64,000 nucleotides of DNA from positions 124,001 through 188,000 of the IMG/VR virus record IMGVR_UViG_3300036853_000446. The stretch is one strand, 5' to 3'. Position numbers and translations under genes: made by a program. The notes beneath the pieces were generated by a model. The model saw nothing but the letters and a program-made list of their open reading frames with translations, searched no databases and had not been told where the DNA came from. This document shows, piece by piece, positions 56,602-64,000 of the stretch. How positions within the stretch are numbered: the first letter of the stretch is position 1; each line of letters opens with the position of its first letter.

Positions 56602-57720
56602 TTACGCGAGCTGAGACTGCTGCTGCTCCTGCTCTTTGGCCCGGCGTTTGATGTCGACCAAACTCTCTGCGGAGATTGCCTCACTCGCCAGCGTGTCTTC
56701 CCACGCGAGGTCAGCGTCATCCCGGCGAAGCGTCCGCACTCGTTGGTTGTCTTGAATGCAGGCGCCGTCGTTCAAGACGATCTCTTTATTGGATTTACGA
56801 TCGAGGGTCCGGAACAGGTTCCGCAGGTTATTCTCTACGATGCGCTGAAAATAGCGGGCAAAATTGACCTCCGTGACGCAGGCCGACGGCAGCACCCGAA
56901 CGCCGCGCTCTTTGAAATACCCGGACTCGTCGAGGACTCGAATATCGTCGCTGCGGTAGACGGCGTCGAGGGTCGTCGAGGCCCCCTTCACGGGGTTGGG
57001 CGCCTTGTCATAAGTCGCCATCATGGCTTGCCACTCGGGCCAATCGATACCGAGAAAGTCGAGCACCTCCTCCGTATCGAGCTGTGCGGGCAGGCGCTTG
57101 GCCGCCGATCGCATGAACTTCATGACAATATTGCCGCCAAAGATCTTGGTCCAATTGTCGCTGATCGCATCCTCGAGGGTCGTCCCGTATTTGAGGCGAT
57201 AACCGATGATCTTGGCGAGCTTTCCCGCGTATCTGGCCTCGAGTTGCGTCGGGGTTTGCGGCAGGTGCAGTGGCACATCGAACACGAAACCCTGCTCGAG
57301 TTCTTCGACAAGTTTCTTCGTCTCGGCAACGATAAAAACATCCAACCCGGGTATCACCGATTTCAGGAAGCCCTTCTTGGCCGCCCGAATAAACACCAGC
57401 TCCCGGGACTCGAGAAGGAGATCGACATCAGAGAAACGATACCTGCTCGAGCTGAGCGAGTGCGAGCCCTCGACGGGTACCGAGAGGGCCTCCCAGCGCC
57501 AGCGAATTGTGTTTGACCAGGTCGAGAGGGTGATCCCGAGATAGGCGATGGCCTGATCGCGCGTAATGATCTCCGGGCGCCGAAACGTGCGAAGCACCCC
57601 TCGGTACCAGAGATGGTGGGCGATCTGCCACGTGCGCCAAACGTCGCAGGCGGCCGCCTTCTCGATGGTCGCCCCGTAGAGCCTCAACAACTCATCAACG
57701 TCCCTCGGCAGACCGCGCAT
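56602..57720 (-). CDS. Hypothetical regulator: two HTH-like repeats and sigma2-like segments
   Basis: DQAIAYLGITLSTW and EEVLDFLGIDWPEW; FARYFQRIVENNLRNLFR. Confidence 0.5.
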   Translation of the reverse strand: MRGLPRDVDELLRLYGATIEKAAACDVWRTWQIAHHLWYRGVLRTFRRPEIITRDQAIAYLGITLSTWSNTIRWRWEALSVPVEGSHSLSSSRYRFSDVDLLLESRELVFIRAAKKGFLKSVIPGLDVFIVAETKKLVEELEQGFVFDVPLHLPQTPTQLEARYAGKLAKIIGYRLKYGTTLEDAISDNWTKIFGGNIVMKFMRSAAKRLPAQLDTEEVLDFLGIDWPEWQAMMATYDKAPNPVKGASTTLDAVYRSDDIRVLDESGYFKERGVRVLPSACVTEVNFARYFQRIVENNLRNLFRTLDRKSNKEIVLNDGACIQDNQRVRTLRRDDADLAWEDTLASEAISAESLVDIKRRAKEQEQQQSQLA

Positions 57721-57883
57721 CGGTGAATGACCTCCCGTGGGTGGTGTACCAACCCACATGTTCTTCACCCCTCCGAGCCCCACGACGATGTCCTTCGACC
57801 GTCGCGTTCCCACTTGTCACCGGGATGATGGTGAGCACCACACGTATCCGAACTCGTCGGAGCCCGTCAACACAAACTCGAGC

Positions 57884-58447
57884 ATGAGTGAAATCGACAA
57901 GGTCATGGCAGAGGGACGCGCACTCACGCGATCACTCGCGGTGATCGAAACAGGGGCCTCGATCGCGGACGCACGACTCTCCTGTTTGGTTTGCCTCGAG
58001 CAGCATGTTGCCAACAGTGTGGAAACCATTGCGATCGACTGTGCGCTTCGGAAGATCTGTGGATTGGCTTCGACAACATACAAAGACGCACACCTCTCCG
58101 AGGCGCCCACCTCTTTGGAAGAGTTTCTCCTCCACGAGGGAGTGGTTCGTTGGCTCGAGTGGGCGACCAATGAACCGTCGACCCTCATGTTGGTCGAGCC
58201 CCAGGGAACCCGGAGCGTCAGTGTGTTGGACCGAATGGCCCTGACGCAGTGGATCGAGGGCGTGGAGCATCTGCGGCGCGGCAACGAAACGGAGGCGCAG
58301 CGGTATTTCCGCCGCGCCGTCACGCTCGGACGATCCTACGGGACGCCGAGCAACCCGGTCATCCAGTGGACGTACGCCGCGAGTTTCTTCCCCGAGCTTG
58401 ATTCCAACCCTCAGGACAGTTCTCCACAGACTGTGGGGGACTTGTGA
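57884..58447 (+). CDS. hypothetical protein
   Basis: MSEIDK start; alternative ATG at 57758 lies 10 nt after TGGTGTA. Confidence 0.6.
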   Translation: MSEIDKVMAEGRALTRSLAVIETGASIADARLSCLVCLEQHVANSVETIAIDCALRKICGLASTTYKDAHLSEAPTSLEEFLLHEGVVRWLEWATNEPSTLMLVEPQGTRSVSVLDRMALTQWIEGVEHLRRGNETEAQRYFRRAVTLGRSYGTPSNPVIQWTYAASFFPELDSNPQDSSPQTVGDL

Positions 58448-58502
58448 TCTCACGTCTGGTCGATCTTTAGGTCCCAAGTCTTTAGGGACTTAGATCTCTA
58501 GA

Positions 58503-59036
58503 TCACTCGGCAGCCTCGGCGTAGCTCACTGTCGACTCGGCGTTTGAGACGTTGAGATCACGCCGTGCAACGCGCCGCCGTCTCTGAGCTTCGGCGTTTT
58601 GTCGACGGCGCTTTTCGAGACGCTCCGGGTCGGCTTTGATCTTCGCCCAACGGCTGGCGTCATATCCCGTTTCGCGAGCCCACTTGCGCTTGTTGATCTT
58701 GTCGAAAGGCTCAAAGCCGAAAAGGCATCTGCCCAGCGAACCGAGATCTTTTGCGAGAAGCCGCCCCTGTCGATAAGCCTTCACTTTCTGCCAGGCGATA
58801 TCCTTTTCCTCTTCGGTCGCGATCCGTGTCAAACCCAAATAGTATCCGCTGATTTCGTACCAGATCTCGACGGGAAGCTCGATGAGCGGGGTGTCCCTGA
58901 ACAAACTCTCGAGGCGCGCGATTTGCTTCGTCTGCCGTTCCGCTCTCGGGGTCTGGCTGTCCTGGACGACAAATCGTGGGGTGCCCATGAATCTTCGAGG
59001 TTGTCGCTCGGTTTTTGGAGTAGGCTTCGATCGCAT
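58503..59036 (-). CDS. basic hypothetical protein next to repeat region
   Basis: Arg/Lys-rich C-terminus. Confidence 0.6.
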   Translation of the reverse strand: MRSKPTPKTERQPRRFMGTPRFVVQDSQTPRAERQTKQIARLESLFRDTPLIELPVEIWYEISGYYLGLTRIATEEEKDIAWQKVKAYRQGRLLAKDLGSLGRCLFGFEPFDKINKRKWARETGYDASRWAKIKADPERLEKRRRQNAEAQRRRRVARRDLNVSNAESTVSYAEAAE

Positions 59037-59077
59037 TGTTCGTTCCTCGAACCGGCGGTCCCGCAAAGGCCGCCGGT

Positions 59078-59296
59078 TCACTTTTGTGATTGGTGTTTCT
59101 GTCCACGGAGATCCGTCGTCATGTGCGCCCGCACGCCGTCAGGCCCAACTGCAGCGAGCTGACGGAGGCCCATCCGAAACGCGAGACGAGCGAGACGGTG
59201 CCGGTGAAGGTAGGGGTGTTCGTCGGCGAGCTGGTCCATCAGTCGCGTCAGCTCAGCGTCGAGCTTCAGCGATTGGCGTTCGGTGGAAGTGCGCAT
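59078..59296 (-). CDS. RHH-like DNA-binding protein
   Basis: QSLKLDAEL..LMDQL..RHRLARLAF; CGGTGTA 11 nt upstream. Confidence 0.6.
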   Translation of the reverse strand: MRTSTERQSLKLDAELTRLMDQLADEHPYLHRHRLARLAFRMGLRQLAAVGPDGVRAHMTTDLRGQKHQSQK

Positions 59297-59559
59297 GTCC
59301 ACCGGTTACACCGAGTCCGCGGACCATTCTTTCGAGCACACGCACTTCGATAAACCCGAACGCCCATCTCCTCAGAGGTGTGTGGACGTCATGGGACGCC
59401 GCGCTCGACTGAACATCACCGGAGGCCACCCGGTCCCCTGGGTACGTCATCGAGCCGATCCGTTATCGACGAGGCCGGTCAATCACCATGTCGACGAGCT
59501 GGCACGGCCAAAACGGATTTTCTCCAGCCTCTTCAGCCGGCATTTCCCGGCCACTCGGC

Positions 59560-60263
59560 TGTCATCCCACCCATTAGATCCGTTTGTGTCGACAAAATGG
59601 AAAACGACAAAGAGGGAGAGTACCTGTGGGATGACACAGTAGGGATGACAGGGGAATGACAGGGGCGGATTGGAGGCCACCAAGATCATCTATGACGGGG
59701 GGATGACAACCAGTTGACCGGTATAAATGGGGGACAAATTGGATTGGATCGCGATCTGCTGAGGTGTGTCAAAACCAGTTGACCGGTGTGAATGGAGGTT
59801 TGGATTGGATCAGATCTGTAGAGGTGTGTCCAACCAATTAACCGGTAGGAAATGGGGTTTGGGTTGGACCACGATCCGCTGAGTCATACACAGTCAGCCT
59901 CATTGTCATCCCTACTCCATCATCCCGCATGTATCCCTCTTTGGTTATCGGGATGACACGGAGGACGGGAAGAACAGACGGAAGGAGCCCAAGGTATTGT
60001 CAACCAGTTGACCGGTGTGAGTGGTGTTTGGAAGGGATCGGATCGCGATCTGCATGCCCTACCAACCTCTCTGTCATCCCTACTCCATCATCCCGCATGT
60101 ATCTCTCTTTGGTTATCGGGATGACACGGAGGACGGCTGCGCCGCAGAAGGGAACGGAGGACAAAAGGCGGGTGGACGGACGACGCGAGCCCGAAGGAGC
60201 GAGCGGAGGGTGCTCTCAGACAAAAATCGGGCCCGTAGCGAGCCCGAAGGAGCGAGCGGAGGG
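59560..60263. repeat. Non-coding multi-family repeat region, origin-like
   Basis: AACCAGTTGACCGGT-type units x4; 65-bp direct repeat x2; GGGATGACA in both orientations; 26-bp direct repeat x2. Confidence 0.85.
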
Positions 60264-60527
60264 CGGTGGGTAGGGACCCGGCGCGCGCCCACATCACCAT
60301 ACACGGCCACGTCATGCGCGTCCGAGCCACACGGTGTCGCTCCGCCCCGGGATGCCATGTTGCCGGGCCGTAGCGACCCTCAGGCGCGTCTTTGACGGTG
60401 CCGCTCGCCGGAGACCCGGCGAAGGCCTCAGAGGCGCTCAGCTCTCCGCTTCCGGGCGAAGCCGCCCAACCGATCTTGGACGGAGATGTTCAGGGTTGAC
60501 CTGCGAGCCTGACAGGCTCAGGGTCTG

Positions 60528-60722
60528 ATGATGTCATCGCGTCAATCCGAGACCCCATTCGATCCGAAAGCTCGAGCCGCTGAGAAGCAGGCGTCAAGAG
60601 ACCGGGATGCGGCTGACTTGGCGTCCGGGGCAAAGACTCGTGAACAGCTATGGCGGGAGAACACATTGCTGCCAGCCCGGATGACGTCGTTCGACATTCG
60701 CTCGATTCCAGTTCCGGACTGA
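60528..60722 (+). CDS. small hypothetical protein
   Basis: ORF after repeat region. Confidence 0.5.
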   Translation: MMSSRQSETPFDPKARAAEKQASRDRDAADLASGAKTREQLWRENTLLPARMTSFDIRSIPVPD

Positions 60723-60773
60723 GCGCCGAGCGGCAGTGAGCAAGACCAAAGGTTTGTGGTAGGCTCGCGCCCA

Positions 60774-61097
60774 ATGATCTCGACGACGCGCCTCAAGCTC
60801 GACGACGTGAATGGACGACCGATGGTGCTCTTGAGCGACGTGCCGAGCCCTCTCCGAATCGGGGACCCATTGGGGCTGCGCTTCCGGATCGCGCGCCAGA
60901 ACGGCACCCGTCACGAGGTCCTCGACGTCAACGGGCAGTTCCGGGTGAGCGCCGTCGGCTTCGACCTCTCGGTGACGCCCCGCCGGCAGCTCCTGACGGT
61001 CGAGGCAATCGGCAAGCCGCCGACGTGGGTCAGCGTGAAGAAGCCGCCCTCTAGGGCCCCTCTAGGGCCCGCAATCAGCCCCCGCACCCCGGTATGA
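60774..61097 (+). CDS. beta-rich hypothetical protein
   Basis: Clean ORF. Confidence 0.6.
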   Translation: MISTTRLKLDDVNGRPMVLLSDVPSPLRIGDPLGLRFRIARQNGTRHEVLDVNGQFRVSAVGFDLSVTPRRQLLTVEAIGKPPTWVSVKKPPSRAPLGPAISPRTPV

Positions 61098-61103
61098 GGC
61101 GGC

Positions 61104-61493
61104 TCAGGCCCCCGAGCTACCGAGATCGGCGGTCAGCTTCCGGCTCGAGCGCAAGGACCCGTAGGCCAGAGCGATCTCCGACCGGATGAAGGCGACCGCC
61201 AGCATCAGGTCCTGAGGAGCAAAGCGCCGAACCGTGGCCTCGACCGGTTCGTCACCGGTCGTTGGGGATTCGCCCACGGCAAACCGGGCAATGGGCGCCC
61301 AACTGTGGACCACGATCATGTCCTGATGGGTGTCGCGCCCGAACATCACGACGTGCCGCAGACCCTCTGCCTCCAGGTGCGGGTACGTGACCAGGGCGGC
61401 CCAGCGCTTGTCCCCGGCGAAGTATGGGTACGTCTGTATTCGGATGTCATACATCTGAGACTTCTCGTCGAACTGCGCGAAGTCAGGCTCCAT
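61104..61493 (-). CDS. hypothetical protein
   Basis: MEPDFAQ start. Confidence 0.55.
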   Translation of the reverse strand: MEPDFAQFDEKSQMYDIRIQTYPYFAGDKRWAALVTYPHLEAEGLRHVVMFGRDTHQDMIVVHSWAPIARFAVGESPTTGDEPVEATVRRFAPQDLMLAVAFIRSEIALAYGSLRSSRKLTADLGSSGA

Positions 61494-61644
61494 GGTCCCG
61501 AGCACGCTGAGGAGCGGCAAGGCGTACCGATCGAGTCCAAAGGTAGGGTCAGCTAATCCAGAAGTCCGGGTCATACTTCTCAATACGGACGAGGGGATCA
61601 TTTTGACTCTACATTCGAAACGGGTCGCCGCTAAAGTCGCGACC

Positions 61645-62478
61645 ATGCCTGTCCCTCTCCCCGAGCTGCCCGCATCCCCTACGGTCGAAACGAGTCGAGA
61701 TTTTCTCGAAACCATCGACGGCGTCGCGGAGCGGGAAGCGCTCGCCGAACGGCTCATCAACGCCCACTCGAGGAGTGAGGTTGGCCTCGAGCGGGTGGCA
61801 GAGGCCGTCCTGTACGCCGAGCGACTCACGATTCCGCACGCGCCCGATCTCGGCGTGCTGGAGCGCATCCGAGCCCGTCATCGAGACGCCGCCATCGCAT
61901 GGGAAGCCGACATCCTCGAGCATTTCGAGCACCCCACCTTCCGCATGTTCGACAGCCTGTGGCAACTCCAATTCGGATTCACCTGCGAGTGCACCGAAGG
62001 TCCTGTTTTGCAGCGACCCGTCTCGATGGCTGCCCTCGAATTTCTCTCGCGGGCGGTTCAGGCTCTCATTGGAAGCCTGCCGCGGGTTGCTCTCGAGCCG
62101 CCTGGGTGGTTCCTCGCGCTGGACGAGCGAAATTACCCGTCCGTGGCAACCAAGTCGTTCCGCAGGAAGGAGAAGGGGGCGTGGCTTCGCGCCCGAGCCC
62201 TCCTGCATCAGATGCTCACGCGCGAGCAGCGCTGGAGTCTTCGGGCCTCGGGCGGCTTCCAAGTCCAGGGGCAAGACGGGCGCACCTACGAGGTCAGCAA
62301 GACCGCGGTGCGGCTCATCGTGGATGGGAAACCGCGCGTTTCCTACTGCATCCACCCTAAAGAGCGTTTGCCAGCCTATGACGTCATGCTGGCGCAGAAG
62401 CTTTTACTCGAGAGCAACGTCCAGCATTTTCTCGCTACCGCCAACGCGCGCGACCTCGACGCCGCTCGAGCTGGATGA
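61645..62478 (+). CDS. hypothetical protein
   Basis: C-terminal A..LL..L..Q..F.V..GRTY..CIHP..LP..DVMLAQKL.LE..FL..AN pattern. Confidence 0.65.
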   Translation: MPVPLPELPASPTVETSRDFLETIDGVAEREALAERLINAHSRSEVGLERVAEAVLYAERLTIPHAPDLGVLERIRARHRDAAIAWEADILEHFEHPTFRMFDSLWQLQFGFTCECTEGPVLQRPVSMAALEFLSRAVQALIGSLPRVALEPPGWFLALDERNYPSVATKSFRRKEKGAWLRARALLHQMLTREQRWSLRASGGFQVQGQDGRTYEVSKTAVRLIVDGKPRVSYCIHPKERLPAYDVMLAQKLLLESNVQHFLATANARDLDAARAG

Positions 62479-62637
62479 TGGCCCAGCATTTGCTTTAATG
62501 ACTCCACGTTTGAATCACCGGCGCCCCTCGTCTTGATCAAGAAGGGTGAACCGCCCTATCTGATCGGCGGCAATACGCGGCTGATGGCGTCGCGCGCGTT
62601 CGGAGCCAAGCCGAAGGTCTTAATGATTCGAGTCTAA
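62479..62637 (+). pseudogene. ParB/sulfiredoxin-like C-terminal fragment
   Basis: PAPLVL..YLIGGNTRLMA.R..G.KPKV; in frame after previous TGA, no start before the PAPLVL..GGNTRL motif. Confidence 0.5.
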
Positions 62638-62650
62638 ACCTCATGAGCCC

Positions 62651-63763
62651 CTACTTCCTTTTGGTCGGCTCGGGCTTTTTGGCGTCGGCTTCCACAGCGA
62701 GGGTTTCGGCAGCGGTCGAAATCGAAGCGGCGGCCTGTGCAATCGAATCGGCGGCCTGTGCAATAGACTCTGCCGCCTCGGTGCGGCCCGCTATATTGTC
62801 CGCTCGAGGTGGCTTGTTCGCCTTGAGCTTGGCTGTAGCAGGGCCCACTTTCACTTTAGCGGGGCCCACTAAGGTTGGCTCCGCCCTTATGACGGACGTC
62901 ACCGCGACAGGTTCCACTGTGATCGGCTTTACCACCTTGGCGGGCTCAGTCCTTATGGTCGGCGCCACTGCGGCGGGCGCCACTGCGACGGGCTCCACTG
63001 CGACGGGCTTGACCACCTTGGTGGGCTCTGCCCTTATGGTCGGCTCCACCACGGCGGGCTCCACTGCGACGGGCTCAACCACGGCGGGCTCCCGGGTCCA
63101 GCCTCCGGAAATCTGTAGCGAGGCATCTTCCTCGTTGTCCTGATTCCAACGACGGAGCACGGCGTTCGACAGCTTGACGGTTTCCGCGTGGATACTGTCC
63201 TCGACGTTCTGGGACCACGTGCCCAGGATGGCCAATCCAATGATGGACACGATTGCCGTGAACAAGCCGAACGCGGTGCAGTTCATGGCTTCGGAGATAC
63301 CCTCAGCGAGGATCCTCGATTTTTGCGTGTAGTCTACGCTCTCGGCACCCACGGAACCAAACGATTTTATGAGCCCCAGGATGGTCCCAAAGAGTCCGGA
63401 AAGCATTGCGAGATTCGCATAGAGGGCGAGGTACCGCACGCCCCGATGGATGAGCGGCAGCTCGTACAGCGCCACCTCGTCCATCCCCGCTTCGAAGGCT
63501 TTGATTCCGCGGGAGGCTCTCGCGAGTCCGCCGCGGGTGATGCGCCCAAGGGGCGTCTTGGCGGCTGCAGCAAGTCGAATGGCTCGGCTCCAGTCGCCGG
63601 CCTCGACGAGCTTCGTAATCGTTGCCGTAAAAACGTTGACCTCCTGATATGCCGAGAACAAGTAGAGGGTCTTCCAACAGAAGCCGTAAGCCACGGCGCC
63701 GAGCCAGAAAAGAATGGGCCACATCGCCCAGCCTCCCGCCCTGAAATGCTCGAGGAGGGTCAT
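62651..63763 (-). CDS. MotA/TolQ/ExbB proton-channel protein with repetitive Pro/Val/Ala tail
   Basis: GGWAMWPI, GLFGTILGLIKSF, GISEAMNCTAFGL; ~25-aa EP-rich repeats. Confidence 0.9.
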   Translation of the reverse strand: MTLLEHFRAGGWAMWPILFWLGAVAYGFCWKTLYLFSAYQEVNVFTATITKLVEAGDWSRAIRLAAAAKTPLGRITRGGLARASRGIKAFEAGMDEVALYELPLIHRGVRYLALYANLAMLSGLFGTILGLIKSFGSVGAESVDYTQKSRILAEGISEAMNCTAFGLFTAIVSIIGLAILGTWSQNVEDSIHAETVKLSNAVLRRWNQDNEEDASLQISGGWTREPAVVEPVAVEPAVVEPTIRAEPTKVVKPVAVEPVAVAPAAVAPTIRTEPAKVVKPITVEPVAVTSVIRAEPTLVGPAKVKVGPATAKLKANKPPRADNIAGRTEAAESIAQAADSIAQAAASISTAAETLAVEADAKKPEPTKRK

Positions 63764-63984
63764 ATCTCGAGAGCGTCCAGAAGCTCGCGGGCAAGATCCG
63801 CGTCGTCGACCGGCGAGGGCCGGGTATCGTAACCGCTTTCATGAAGCCGCGAGCCCACGGCGCCCCGGGCGTTGTCCCCCGTGTAGTGGCCCTCGTAGAG
63901 CAAGGGCTCTCCGACGATCGTGTGAAACCTGACCTGGCAGAAACGCATTTTCGGGAAGACCCGCACTGGGATCTGCGCCGTCAC
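63760..63984 (-). CDS. small hypothetical protein
   Basis: ATGA overlap with TolQ-like gene. Confidence 0.5.
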   Translation of the reverse strand: MTAQIPVRVFPKMRFCQVRFHTIVGEPLLYEGHYTGDNARGAVGSRLHESGYDTRPSPVDDADLARELLDALEI

Positions 63985-64000
63985 CTCCAGCGTGAACTGA

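Noticed and set aside
59700-60140. CRISPR array
   Set aside because: Units are degenerate along their whole length, with no constant repeat plus unique spacer pattern and no cas genes in the window

Overview
A 64 kb, high-GC segment of a very large (jumbo-type) phage genome. No rRNA, integrase, terminase or major capsid gene is visible. A myxobacterial-type TolQ/ExbB gene hints at a Myxococcota-like host (inference). The left part is a minus-strand replication and metabolism block: RecD2 helicase, NAD-dependent ligase, class II RNR, clamp-loader delta and delta-prime, GroEL, vWA and HNH genes. From 16.2 to 40.8 kb there are about 39 minus-strand tRNA or tRNA-like genes covering all 20 amino acids, interleaved with short protein genes. 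The right part carries a MazEF-like TA pair, a 992-aa DNA methyltransferase with a fourfold internal repeat, two sigma-like ORFs, an origin-like repeat region and a MotA/TolQ/ExbB gene. The strongest signal is about 20 unrelated cargo proteins (ART-like, HExxH peptidases, GNAT, J-domains, unknowns) that share one of three short terminal leader motifs. Most of them also share an upstream TCnnTT(G/A)(A/T)TG element with a capsid-decoration-like gene. This suggests a modular, leader-addressed virion cargo system. A second motif, CGGTGTA, precedes about 18 other starts. At least 9 tRNAs replace the near-invariant U33 with C. All motifs were aligned and counted by eye; no database searches were run.
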